Assembly: GCA_973895155.1 (NCBI GenBank)
Contig: OZ316892.1
Location: 18,404,357-18,468,356, forward strand
Source: Marsupella aquatica
Lineage: Eukaryota > Plantae > Marchantiophyta
Reading direction: 5' to 3'
Length of the DNA stretch: 64,000 nt
The position numbers and the translations under genes were made by a program. This document shows positions 28,978-42,350 of this stretch, one piece after another; position 1 is the first letter of the stretch; every line of letters begins with the position of its first letter. The notes beneath the pieces were generated by a model. That model was not told the DNA's origin. It searched no databases and worked only from the letters and a program-made list of their open reading frames with translations.

Positions 28978-29470
28978 GTATTAGGTGTGGGGATATTGAT
29001 ATTTGGGAGAAAAACTTGTAACTCACATTGTCGACAAAATAATACTGTTTCCGATGATGTTAATAACTTCAAACACTGGACCACCAGTGCTCATCATGGT
29101 GAGGTACGATCCTCCATTATTTCCATTAACCGGACCACAAGCCTGATCCAAGTAGCTCACAGGAGAAGTGCATTCGCGAGTCTTAGAGGCCACCTCCATG
29201 AGCTTCCTGTAGACATCTTTGGGCCTTCCCAGGTGTGGGCTTGCAACGTATACCAGGAAGAGGAAAACGACTACCGTAGCACAACCTGAACTGTTCATTC
29301 ACAACCACAGCAAAGAATTGCGCTGTTTAGAAGTCTAAAACATGGAGTTGTAAATAAGTTCAACTGAAATTCTGAAGGATACATTGACCCTTCATTATGA
29401 TAGTGCTTCAGTTTTGTGTTAATTAGCTGAAACTCACCGACAACGGAATGAATGTAGCTGGTCAAGAAGG
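28978..29470 (-). pseudogene. DUR3: Inverted DUR3 fragment (end of exon 5, intron 5, exon 6, start of intron 6)
   Basis: Minus-strand translation [60 protein letters not shown]. Exon 5 end ...CATTCCGTTGTCG|GTGAG at ~29438. Carries substitutions and a frameshift. Confidence 0.92.
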
Positions 29471-31829
29471 GTTATATACTTTGGGTAACAATAATATTCA
29501 TTTCATGTAGGGTAAAATCAGAATCTGAAGTTGGCCCAGATAGACGGAGACCTTGTCCCTGCCCATCTCCATGCACTGTGTAATGTGTTCATTGACATTA
29601 AGAGGAACCTGTGGCGGATTGCAGTTGACAACTTGACTACCCCATGGAGAAAGTAATCAAGACTTTGAAAACAGTGAATGTTGTGTGAATGGCTCAGCAA
29701 TGTTGCCTCACTGGAAGAGAAGAATGCAACTTCTTCGTCTTGAAGCTCCAATCTCAAAGCAAGTACAATGGATCAATGAAATTGACGGTGTGATTGAAAA
29801 CAATTGCATCACTCCACTGCTCCCATATCACGGATTCAAGCCCCTCGCTTAAGAAAATTGTCAAGTCATCACAAACTTCACAAGTATATACCACATATTC
29901 GAAATGTGCATGACGTCTTGACAACTTCCTCGACAGGATTTTGAAGCCTTCAATTGTTTGCAACATATACCTTACCTTTGGGCAGATGGGTCATTTGATT
30001 TGAAGGACATACTTTCGGATCTCAGTTTAAGCTGAAAATTTTCCAGCATGGTCTCTCATGTCCAATCTTTTGCCTTAGAAAGTTTGAGACTTTGTTGAGA
30101 TCCACTATACCATTTCTGATTAACACAAAGATGGTCAAATAATTATGCTAAATCATGATTTCACTTTACACTTGTAAATTTTCATGTGGGTTGGTACAAG
30201 GTGTTCCTCAATAATGCATAAAGTCTTGATGTCTTTCATGTTTAAGGTTGTCAAGCCATCAAGCTATCGAGGAGACCGGTTGCATAACATAACTGAAACG
30301 GCTGCAAAGAGTAAGAGGATTGTTTACAGGTCACATTTAGTCAAAATGTAAAAACCGTTATCCATGTAAGTCCATTAAATATTCTGAACAAGTCCATCCA
30401 AGCTTTGCCAGTCCATATGGGCTTCATAGACAATGTGGAGGTTCACTGTATTGGGGCTTTAGTTTCACTAAAATCATGTAGATTCATGAAAGAACTTGCA
30501 TTTTGGGGAATTCTTTAGTGTCAGTACTTGTCATCTCATAAGCGCAGGCACCCATGGGGCAATCTACGGCTCAAAGCTCTTTCTTACTAAATCCCCGACT
30601 GAATCTACTTTTCACAAAAACTGCATCTAAAATAGTTGAGATTTGTATGAAATTAGTTTTTAAATTCAAATGGGGAATGATCTGTCTGATCCCAAACTTT
30701 ATGAAGCTGTGGGGATCTTAATGCCCTTGTGATTTTTCTCTTTGTAGTTTTCAGGGCAGTAATTCTTTGGGGAAAAGGCACACTCAAGATTTGGATACTT
30801 AGGCTCATTACAAAACTTCTCTATTAACTTCTACGTTTACCAAAAACATTTAAAATAACTCTTTTCTCAAGTCTTTAAGACAGTGTAACAAGGTCCTGTT
30901 GCCAGAGCATTACAGGCAATAATATTAGGCACTCAAAACTTGAACTTAAGCTTTCATTTTATATCCCACAATGCCCTATAAACAGGACTTTACTATATAC
31001 AAATTAGTTCAATGACTGCTGAGATGTTGTGTCCAATCACAAGGCAAAACGGACACACTCGGGCCATGTTGGCAAAACTCCCACTTAGCAGGCAGGGACC
31101 TGTTCCCTAGCATGCTAACACTAAAGGACCCTTTTCCCTAGCATGCTAACACTAAAAGGGGGAAAAACACAAAGTTTATAAATGCCACACAATTCCGACA
31201 TCAAGAATTTAACAAGTAGGAAAGATTTAATTTGGGGAGAATACTTGATGACGATAACTATATTTTAAGTTTCAGACTTTGATTTCTTTTGTGTGCCATA
31301 TCATTTTGTAAATAGAGTGCATGCATCCCTGTCAATCATGCAGCATTGTATACCCATTTAGAACTCAATGACACTGTTTGTGAGCCCAAAATTGATGCTC
31401 TGGTTAAGGATTTATATCCGGTTCTATTGTTTGTAGGTAAGCCTACAAACACCCTTATGAACAGAAGCGCTTGGACACACCCCACTTATTACCAGGGGAA
31501 AATACAAATACTCTAGGGTTGTCGTTTTTGTAAGTAGGATAAAAAAACGCCAATATCAAACTACAAGAGGTAAAAGCACCACATAAGGTAAGATAAAATT
31601 GATTTCCTACACAAGGACGTGACAGTTTTGCTGCTGTGTCCAATCCAAGTGGGGATCAGATCCCAAACTTCTGTCTAATTATCAACTTATAGGAACTAGC
31701 TTGGAAATCAAATGGGGATTAGAGCCCAAACGTTATGTCTCTTGGAACTTTTCTGGGCTTCACCGTTTTCGAAGTCAACCGGGTAGTGATAAAAATAGCT
31801 TACATTTTTTAAAAACTAGTTTTTAAGAT

Positions 31830-32780
31830 GAAATGGGTCAGATCCCAAACTTTACATAAAGTTGTGAAACAGCTTTAATTAAATGACTGCTCAGATTCTG
31901 TGTCCAATCCAAGTGGGGATCAGATCCCAAACCTCTGTCGAAGTATCAAGTTTGTTGCATTCGTCTCGTGGGATCAACTTTCTGCGCATCTTATTTATAT
32001 AGATGTCAACTGTATAATTGATATATAATAATATATAATAAAAACATAGAGGTCCACACAGTTAAAATGTGGAATGGAGATGTCGAGTGCCTTCATGACG
32101 GGGCAGTCTGAGACCATGTGGCGCATGCATTCAGCATTCCATTCTCTTCTTTGCATTTCCCAATACCCACGTTTCATTTTCCTGCATGTTATTAGTGAGA
32201 GCCTAGTTCAGATTGGCAAGGTAACTACTTTAAGTTTGCTTTCCTTTTTAACTGACGGAGAGCTCAGCTGAAATGAGGAAATGAAGGGGATTTTGTTTTG
32301 TTGTTCCTTGGCCAGGCTATGCCACAACTGAAAAAAAAACCATGGACAGGGGCTTGCCCGGGGGCCTGAAGCACACGATCCAATGGAGCATGTGCAAGGA
32401 TACACTCACTAAATTCAATTGTGTCAGGAGGCTGGACGGAAACCTGTGGACACGATGGACTGTCAAAGCTAATTTCTGTGACAGCAGGCCACTGCGAGTA
32501 TGCCCGCTATTAGCTGTGAGTTGCCAAATCAATTAGGCCTCACAAAGTCCAGGTATGAGGGAATTATCAGGAATCTTGAAATGAATAGAAGTTAATCACA
32601 CACGGAATTGAATAGATTGGCGTGCAATTCAACTGGGTAAAAACCGTCATGGATCAGCAATACACGTTGGAGGCCTAAACTCGATGTGCTCCAGTGTACG
32701 TGCTGCTTAATTTCCAGGCTCATTGAAATTCAGAAGTTCTCATCCAATTCTGATTGGTACGGTTTCATCTGAGCATGAAT
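31830..32780 (+). repeat. Block in inverted relation to ~37560-38430 and direct relation to ~19690-19790
   Basis: CATTCAGCATTCCATTCTC..TTTGCATT..CAATACCCACGTTTCATTTTCCTG (32127-32184) is the reverse complement of ~38011-38066. CAGATCCCAAACTTTACAT and GCTCAGATTCTGTG.CCAATCCAAGTGGG are shared with 19697-19790. Confidence 0.8.
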
Positions 32781-34321
32781 TGCTTTTGTTTACATGAAAT
32801 TAATATCTTCTATAATTTTGAAAGGAATTGAGACTTTGGTCATTAGCTCAGAATTCCACACTGGAAACACTTGTCCACATTGGGAAATAGACGCAATGAC
32901 CTGCAACTGAAATATATTTTGCAAGGATGTGATTATGGCCGTGAAACCCGGCCTGGTAAAGCAGCAGTACTCCTGGTTGCTGTTGCGATCGTATCTGCAT
33001 TGTTAGTAAACCAAATTGCCTGTAGATTAGATTTAGGCAAACAGTAAGTGAGAAGCAGCCAGCAAGCCCTTCAAACTCACATTTGGACGACGGACGAGGA
33101 AGAATAGAAGGCATATGTTCCCGTAGTGTTTTTCTGTCTTTGGAAAAATTTATGTGTCAGCTGATCGAAAATGTACAGCAAAAATCTCTAGAACCCCAGG
33201 TCGAAAGGTAAGGGTCTTGGGTGCCTTGGACAGATATATTTCTTTGACTCATTCCACGAGACCAAAAGGCGAAGTTTTGGTGAAAAATAGAGGGACTAGT
33301 CTACAACGAAGTTTAATTGAGCTCCATACCGTGAACTCCATCGACAGACAATTATCAGACGGAAACTGGAACTGGAAGAAAACCCTGCCAACCGTACTAT
33401 ATATGTCAAAATTGTTTTTACAGGTCAGTTTCCGTCAAAATACTACTGGAGTAGATTACTTTGTTCCAACAATGCTGTCCATGATAGTTAGGAATGGACA
33501 TCCGACCAGGCATTTTGGCAAACCAGGAGATCGATGGGAGCTTCATTTTCGGTCATGAATCATCCCAGTTTATTCTATAAAAAAAGCTGTCTCCCTAGAA
33601 TGGATAACAACTGTTTTCAAGGAAAGCATTGTAAACGTGTTATATATCTCGCAATGCTCGTACTTTAGTGCTTCCAGATCATTGACTTTTCAAAAAGGAA
33701 CATAAAGCAATGATGGACCGAGTGGTTTTTCTTGCCCATCCCCATGGAATGTGTAAAGTGGTCAGCCTGTTTGACTCAAAGGAAAAAATGATCCACTATT
33801 TTTGGAGCTTCACTTTTGAGAAAGATGCCCAATTGCAAGTAGTTTTTCAAGGCACCCCATTCAATTTTAAATTTAGTTTTTAGCAAACTTGTGTATTTAT
33901 TTGGATAACTTTGGGCTTACTGTGAGGCTCTCTACTAAGATACTCTCTGATGTCTAATCTATTAACTGACAAAGTTTGAGATTGTTCTAATATATATCAC
34001 TAGCCTCTATTACCCTTTCTTTGAACGTGAATAGCGAAAAGAACAATAAAAAAATTATCAAAATATATTTTTTATTCATATTCTTTGAAGATTAAAAAAA
34101 ATTTATCATTTTAATAATCATATATAATATATCATTCTCCTTGATGTGCACATCAGGCTTTTTGTATGCACATCTGTGTTCTATGCACATATGTTGGTGG
34201 GGCCATACTACCTATATTTTTTGAATGTAAATATTTAAAAATTATCACATAAAAATGGCATGTACATACATTATAGTCATGTCATAAATTTTTTCTCATG
34301 CACATGATGACCATAGAGCTA

Positions 34322-35614
34322 CACTCTTTACAGTATTTAGTCTCACGAAACAATTAGTGTCACTAACAATTAGTGTCACACACACTAATTAGGGGTATCC
34401 CTTGATTTTCAGCCAACTGACACTATTTACCGTCACCTTCAATTTTGAAAAAAAAATTAAAATTAAAAATATTGATAATTAGAGATAACAATATAATTGG
34501 TGGTAACCCTAAACTAGACTCACTCTAAAGTTATCCAGACTTTCAATGACATCTCTGTGTGAATATGTTTTTAGAAAATTTCCTTTGTATCATTTTTGTT
34601 TAGGATCAATGCATGGAGAAATTTCCAAAGTCAGCTGTCTTCTCTGTGTATGCACATTTTTGGCAATTAGCAATGATCGACCTTTGATTTCTTCTTGATT
34701 ATTAGATGCTAGGTGTCAATCCTGGTACCATTAGAAGCTCCTTGATATGTGCTTTCCAATGAACCCAACATTGCCCATTTTTGATTAGTATCAGTGCATG
34801 TAGATTTTTCCAAAGTCTAATGTTTTCTGTGTGTATTTACATTGTTGGCAATCAGCGGCGATCGACCTTTGATTTCTCCTTGATTATTGAATGATAGGTG
34901 TCAATCCTGGTACCATTAGAAGCTCCTTGACATGTGCTTTCCAACGAGCCAAGCATCGCCCATTTTCGTGTAGGATCAATGCATGGAGATTTTTCCAAAG
35001 TTGACTGTTTTCTGTGTGTATTCACATTTTTGCAATCAACGACAATCGACCTTTGATTTCTCCTTGATTATTGAATGATAGGTGTCAATCCTAGTACCAT
35101 TAGAAACTCCTTGAGATGTGCTTTCCAATGAGCCCAACATCGCCCATTTTCGATTAGGATCAATGCATGTAGAAATATCCGAAGTTGACTGTTTTCTGTG
35201 TGTATTCACACCTTCATTACTGGATGATAGTTGTTGATCCTGGTATCCTTAGAAGCTCTTGACATATGCTTTCCAATGAGCCCAGTATCCCCTATTTTCA
35301 TAGAGCGACACAACTGACATATATGAATTCCAGAGTGGGCTTCAATGGGCGAGTTATAAGTTTCTGAAGTTTGCTCAGTAGTAAATTTTGTAAAGTGTAA
35401 TCAAATAATGTGCACATTTTTCATTTTTTTATAAGCAAATTTTGACTATAGTCTATTCTATTTTTTTAACTTAAGTGTACATGTGACACTATTTGACTTG
35501 TGACCACAATTAGTGTCATACCATATTAGTGTCACACACCCTAATTACCGTCACTTACCTCAAATATAACCTCACAGTAATTAGAGTGTGTGAGACTAAA
35601 TACTGTAAAGAGTG
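34322..35614. mobile_element. Non-autonomous TIR element (TA TSD, perfect 25-bp TIR) with an internal 184-bp array
   Basis: TA|CACTCTTTACAGTATTTAGTCTCAC...GTGAGACTAAATACTGTAAAGAGTG|TA; subterminal AATTAGTGTCAC repeats; no coding capacity. Confidence 0.85.
34590..35300. repeat. Tandem repeat ~184 bp x~4
   Basis: ATCGACCTTTGATTTC at about 34676, 34861 and 35045; GGTACCATTAGAAGCTCCTTGA..TGCTTTCCAA in each unit. Confidence 0.9.
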
Positions 35615-35727
35615 TAGTTACGGTCTAGAGGCTTCACTCTAGACCCTAGCTTGTGAAAAATAGACTGCACTTCACGCTTTATTAATAAGATTTGCTCCAT
35701 TTCAGATGAGCGTGAAAATGGTCAAAT

Positions 35728-35832
35728 ATTTTAAACCAATTGTCACAGGAGGCTTCATTTGAACATTTTAAACCAATTGTCACATCATTTGAACATTTTA
35801 AACCAATTGTCACAGGAGGCTTCATTTGAACG
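35728..35832. repeat. Short tandem repeat (30-37 bp x3)
   Basis: TTTTAAACCAATTGTCACA(GGAGGCT)TCATTTGAAC repeated. Confidence 0.85.
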
Positions 35833-36269
35833 CCCTGGGTAGTTTGGGCATGGGCATGTAAATTATCTTCTTTGGGAAAAGAACATTTGGCTTTTGTGAA
35901 GAAAACTGGGTAGTTTGGGTATGGACAGTAATTGAGTGTGATTGAAATCCGCTGCAAAGGGTCAGAAGGCCGTCTACAGGTCACATTTCAGTTACACTGT
36001 AAATTATATGTGCTATACTAACATTTATACAAGTTTTGTGTAAGTACTCCAAGCTTTGAAATTAATACATCGGCGCTTCACTTCAAACCCCTCGTCCATC
36101 TAAACTCTATATTCTTCGAAAAGGAGACAATGCTTGATTGCTTGCTCACGAAAGAAAGAGAACTAACTCTGTGTAGAGCTCCTTTTGGTCCATAAACTAA
36201 CTTCCAGAATGTTGGCTCCTAAAATCCAAAGTAAATGACTGAGAAGATCTCTGTCGGGCTGGACGCAGG

Positions 36270-37512
36270 ATGTAATACTCGATCAGCTTGCTTCGGATGA
36301 GAGGCGTTGAATTTGTGGAATGCAATAGGATAGAATCTAGGAGACGAAGAACTGGATAGGATAGTAACATTAGGATTCTTTCTTGCTCCAGAGGTCCCGG
36401 TTGTTGGGGAAAAGATTCTTCCTCCGCAATATCTCCCTTTATTGGGTCCCCTGTGCCTTTGGGATCTTGCCTGGCTTTTGTTCTTTTGGAGTGTGATGTA
36501 TGATTAATATCGGGGCCCGCAATATCTCCCCTCTATTGGGTCTACCGTGTCTTTCGGATCCTGTTTTCCGGTTGAGTCCCTTTCTTCTGGTTTGGTGCCT
36601 TTTGTTGTTTTAGAGTACGATGTATAAGTGATATCGAGGCCGAACGATGCCCTTTGCAGCCCCGTTTGCTGCTGCATCACAGTCACAGACTACTAGCTAG
36701 CTGGTGCACTACAGCGGGTAACTCTTCATCGTAGTGTACATCACCTCTTCTCCTCTTGACCAGTACGTACCGAATATGACGGGCGGCTAAATCAACCTAG
36801 AGAACCTCAAAGCGAATGGTTAGGTACAAACACGGACATCTTCCTGGAATTGAACGGGGCAACAGAGTGGCAGAAATGAGAAGAGCTGGACAGACCAGAG
36901 TAGTGGAATAGCCCAACCTGCTATACAATTGTGCACTCTCGCATGCATGCATCTAGCACTTCTTGTACATTTTGGTGGGATGGTGGATGGATGCATGGAA
37001 CGATGGCCAAAAGCCAACCTGCCATGAAAGACAAGTCTACAATGAAACTAAACTAAAAGCAGAACTTGAATTTACTGAAAACGTAGAAGAGATCTGAATA
37101 TCGGATGTAACCCAATAAAATAAGAGTGGAACCCAACAAATAAAAAGAACAGGTGAAAACCTCGGAGAGGCGAGGTGAAAACGAACGAACTCCATAACGG
37201 CATAACCATGGAAGAATCTTAACGCTTTTACAGACGCGCAAATGGATTGCTACTGACTGTGGCAAGCCAGAAACGCAAGGTTGTGCATGTAAAAGCTAGC
37301 TATCACCGCTGCCCTTAATGTCTAATTGCATTGACCTTAGCGAAAACGCCGAGAAAGATTCAGTAGTACGACCATCAGCAACATCCGCTTATCTGCTTTC
37401 ACGTTCATCTGCCTGCATTCACTCATACCTCAAAACACAGCAAAATATTTAATATATGAAGATGTTCATTATGCTGAAAGAAAAGTCTGGAGCAGAATGA
37501 CACGCTTCACTT
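36270..37512 (-). repeat. Inverted paralog of the DUR3-copy-1 upstream block (~20510-22050)
   Basis: Collinear shared motifs include TACACTACGATGAAGAG, TAGATTCTATCCTA, AAGATTCTTCCATGG, GAATCTTTCTCGGC and TTTCAGCAT. Confidence 0.85.
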
Positions 37513-38869
37513 AGGTGTGCAGGAAATGCGCCCAGCCTGTGGTGTGGTCCATACACTTAGCTGAAAAACATAAGATGTTTCGAGTGGTCTATGCATGCTT
37601 CAGCGATCCATCCAAATATGTCGCCAAGCATTGTGGCGTCTGAGAGTTTCACGAAACTTTCACCTTGGATGACTTGCCGGGATGACTTGTTTATTAAAAA
37701 AAAACCTAAGGCACACAAAGGGAGCCCAACGCTCATAAAACGATGTCCACTAGTTTGAGCACCGAACCCAATAGGCTGCAACGAAATCAATAGGCTCCAA
37801 TTACTGTAGCTGAATAGAACAATAGCCACGTGATTTGACCCTCTCTAATTCAGAACCAGGACGGCCATAGCAATTGGACCACTACGGCCATAACAATTGG
37901 ATAATCTCCTTGTGTATCTCTTCTGGCGTTATGGCCTGACCGAGGAAAAATCAAATCAATACCCTTGCCTGATCTGATCTGAGCTGAGCTGAATTCCACC
38001 TGTTAAAATTCAGGAAAATGAAACGTGGGTATTGCGTAATGCAAACAGAGAATGGAATGCTGAATGCAAAATGCGGCATCGCGCGTCTCAGACCGTCCCG
38101 TGATGACAGCGCTCATCTCGGAGCTTATCATCTTTCCGCATTTTACCTGTGTTGTGGACCTCGATCAAAAAAATAATGTCACTACACGACTGAGATCTGA
38201 AGCCCAGAAAAGTACCACGAGAGGAATGCCACAAATTGATATAGAGTCCAAAATACGTGGAACCCAGAAAGTCCCACGAGAGGAATGCCACAACTTGATC
38301 TGACTGATTCCCTCTTGGATTGAACTCCCACTTGGATTGAATTACACAAAATAATTTGTTGATTAAAGCGGTGCCATGACTATTTGGGATCTGATCCCCA
38401 CTTGGATTGGACTCAGAATTTGAGCAATCATTACGGACTCACTGGGAACTTCTTTCCAAAAAATCTCTCCTTTCCAAAATCTTTCCACCACGTGCCCATA
38501 AATATAATTGGTCACAAACCAAAACAGTGGTGTCTTCAACAAAAAAATAAACATGACTATTTGTGTTGGACTTGAGACAAGAGAAAACAGTTAGACCTAG
38601 TTACTGTCAAACGATCAAAAATTGGAAAAGTAAAATTTTAAAATAACAGATTATAGCGTAAAACAAAATTACTGATTTGATGTATTCTCAGTGATCATGT
38701 ATCTCAAAATGTTTCTAAGTGTTTATGCACTGTAAAACGTTCATGATTGAGAGATAAATAAGAAATTTAAAATAGGTTTTTGTTCAGTACTTACGCGCGC
38801 TCTAGATATTCAGGCAAAGACAGAGTGATTCAGAAACTTGTGAGCTTTTTAATACTGTCTTGATCAAAT

Positions 38870-40540
38870 CTAGCAATGTTAAGGTCATTGAAAGTTGGGG
38901 GTTCATCTCATAAAAAGATTTGTCCTTACGTACCTTATGCAAACTCCCCTCTTCAACCAACCCCGTTCAGAGGAATAGGAGGCTCAAAACCACCACCAAT
39001 CAATTATTGACATGTGGCGGACAATAAATCATGTGATTTGACATGATTGTAACAATTTTGAATGTTTACCCCCTCACTGGCTTATTCACTTCCTTGCTAC
39101 TTCTAAGTATTTCACTAATTTGAATTAAACACCCCTTCTAAAATTTTCATCAAAAAATATGGAAGTGACAATCATCCCAAAATGGAAAATGCTCTTTCAA
39201 AAACTTGTCAGATTAGAGGCTTTATTGAGAGATGAGGGAGAATTTTGAAATAGTTTGGCTAACAACATAGCTAGACTTTCAAGGAAGGAAGGGTAAAACA
39301 ATTAAGAGATTTGTGACTTCTTCAATACTTGACAAAATCTGACAATCCCTTAGGCACACTGGGAAATCACTTAGAGTAAATCCCCTAAGTAAAACATGTG
39401 AGAACGAACCAATGAAATTTGAAAAATAAATTAAAAATACATATTCAATTAAAAAAACCCTTGTATCCTTTATTAATTATACAACTTTGAAAATTTCTGA
39501 AATATCTTGCTGAATACAAAAATTAGTATTTTTACCAAAATTCAAATTTTAAATGCCTGTAGTATTAGTTTTTGATTATAATATTAGTTCAACAATATTA
39601 AATATTACCTTCATTTGTTCGCACCTTTTTCTAATAATCCAACGAGTGATTCCCCAGGGCTTGGGCAATCCTGAACTCATTGGAAATACTCTTAAAAATG
39701 GTTTTAAGAATATGGCACAGCTAGACTTGCAAAGGAGGGAAAAGGAATTCATAAAATATATTGTGACCTCTTTAATTGATACTTGAATAGTTACAATATA
39801 TGACAATGTTCATAAATCTCATTGGAAAACTCTTTCAAAATATTAATGTTTCTTAGCATTCTCAGAACACCAAAGGTTGCATCCATAGATCAATGAGGCT
39901 AGGGAGCTATTGGAAATATATGAGGGCCGGCAGGGTTGAGGGCTATCCAAACTTAATCTTGCAAAAGATATAATGTTAAGTTGAAAAGAATGGAAATAAA
40001 TAAATAAATTAGCCATGGCGCTCCTGTAGTGGGACGCTTGCCTGGGTTGGGTTCATAGTTAGGCAATTGTCTGAAAACAAGTATTAGATCTGAAGAAAAA
40101 GCGCAACATGGAATGATCCAAGCTTGAAGTTGATTCAGCTTCAAGAATTGTGAAGGTAGAAAACATTTGGAATTTTGGACTTAGGGGACGCAAGTGACCC
40201 ACAAGATGAGCACTGGGATGGATATCCAACTTAGTTTCTTCATCTTCCAGGTTACAATATGAGCCCATCCAAATGGGCTTCATCTTCTAGATTTCTCGAT
40301 AACTTGTTCACATGATCATAGCAAACACAAGTGGTCTCACAACTTCAATACAACACTTAAGACATTTCTAGGGACCCATATCTTGGATTGAATTTAGAAA
40401 TTGCTAAAGGGCAATGGGAGGACAGGATTGTGTGTCCTAATGCCCAAAAATGAGAGCTTCAACTTGAGTTCTGAGAGGCTATTATTGAGGACAATGCTAT
40501 ATATAGCGAGGGGGCCTTAATACACTTAAAGGCCTGGGAG
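38870..40540 (+). mobile_element. Highly decayed LINE-like remnant
   Basis: Fragmentary SPGL(D)G-like RT-entry motif near 39650 in AT-rich, stop-riddled sequence. Weak. Confidence 0.25.
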
Positions 40541-42350
40541 ATTTTCATTTTTATTAATTTCAGTAAAATTTCATGAGTTTATCCAAATATTAACCTTGAC
40601 AATGCATTCTTCTCCATAAATGCCCTAATAATTAAAAAGAGAAAAGTAGCCAAGGGCATTAATTAAATTACAGCTGAGCCACAACTTGACATAAAGTTTG
40701 GGAAAAGACCTGAACCCCAGAAAAGTCACACAAGAGGAATGCCACAAATTGCTCTCTAGTCTCCCCATATTAGCCCATTATGGATCCCATCCCGGTGCCT
40801 GGACCATAGATCGAGGAGCTTGGTGAAAGAGTAAGTGGCAACAAAGCTAAGTGGTAGAGTCTCGGGTAGAGTAGTCAACTTTTGCAATGGGTTCCTAAAA
40901 AGAGCATCGGGCTATTAATTTAATTAATTTCTATTGGCCTAAAGTTGAATTTTTTTCCTCATCTTTTTGTGATCAAGGGAGGGAACTATACACACACACG
41001 TACTATGGGCATTCATATATGTTAATCCAGCTGCTCAAGACTATTATTTTGGCTTAACTGTCGCAACAAACAAACTTTTAGTGAGGATAAAGAGCAAAGT
41101 CTTAATTTTCCCCTCATTCTCTGAGAGATGGCAGATTAGGTGAGCAGCGGGGTGAGCAGCGGGGTGCATGGGTTTGTGACAGCTCTGGCCCTAGTCATAG
41201 GCATATACTTGTCTATAAGGGCTAAGGACAAAATTTTGAAAGATGGACTCAATTGGTTTAGCCAAGCAAATGCATATTTCTCATCGCAAATCATTTTTGT
41301 CCACCAACAAATTAAGATAAGTTCTCATGGTTAGTCTTTTAGGCTCATGGGTCTCACTATATGGAGGCCTCCTCATCACCTGCAACGTTTTTAGGCCTCG
41401 CACCCCATAAGATGTAAGAAAAAATTATTATTTTAACCCCTTAAAGTTAGAATATTCTTAGAATATTCTAAAATTTTGGTTAGAAAGACCCTATTATTCT
41501 TAATATAAGTCTCAAAATTGTATTTAAAAGACCCTATTGTTCTTTTGCAAAAATTCTTAAGTCTTCCCTTTGAACCAATAAAATGACCATATTCTTCATC
41601 GCACGTGACGTGCCATTTTTGTGGAAGTGAAACCCCTAAGCTTTTAGGGACCAACTTCTTTGTTATGTCATGTTTGCCTGATAAGGCGTCAAGAGGTCTT
41701 TGTTAGTAGTACTGGACTTAGGATCTATTGTTTCCTTTTTTAAGGTTCGGGCTCCCTCGTTTGAGGTTTCACTGTATCTTAGCTGTTAATTATCTCATTG
41801 CCTTTTAAAAAGAATGATGGACAATTAGAAATAGTTTTAGTGACTGAGGTTAACCTTTTTAATTGTCTTCGTGTTCTTTGGACAGACAGCTAATTATTAA
41901 TATCTAGATGGACCGGCATGCTGGCTGGTGGTGCTGGGATTGGCCCTGGATTCTTTGGGATGTGCTTTGTTTTAGGGGAGCCTAAGCCTTGTTGGTGGCT
42001 GGCCCGATTGGGTTGGTGTTTTCCTCCTTTTGGCTGGGTAGCTCTCATAGTGAGGCTGGTGCCCTTGTTCCTGGCAGTTGGTCCCCCCTGTTGTTTGGCC
42101 TGTTTTTGGTCTCCCTTCCCCTCACCCTTCCCATGGGGTTTCACGTCTTGCAAGGACAAAAAAACTACTTACTGTCGACAGAGTTTGGGGGGATAGAATA
42201 ATAATAAAATAGTATCCTGAAATCAGTTTTGAAAGAGTATGTGTTGATCTAGGGACTAGTAGAAACAATTTCTTTCTCTTTAATTAGTCTTGAAAGAAAC
42301 AATTAATCAATGAAACAATGAAACAATGAAACAAGGAACTTTACTCAAAG

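Larger units (their letters stand above)
33958..35653 (+). mobile_element. Non-autonomous Helitron-like repeat copy B, with a nested TIR element
   Basis: A|TCTATT start, 3' hairpin GGTCTAGAG-GCTTCA-CTCTAGACC (35622-35645), then CTAGCTTG|T. Homologous to the flanks of the copia element. Confidence 0.5.

Noticed and set aside
41890-42200. Lys/Gln/Pro-rich ORF similar in composition to 57651-58061
   Set aside because: The similarity is compositional only; no alignable motif and no family recognised.
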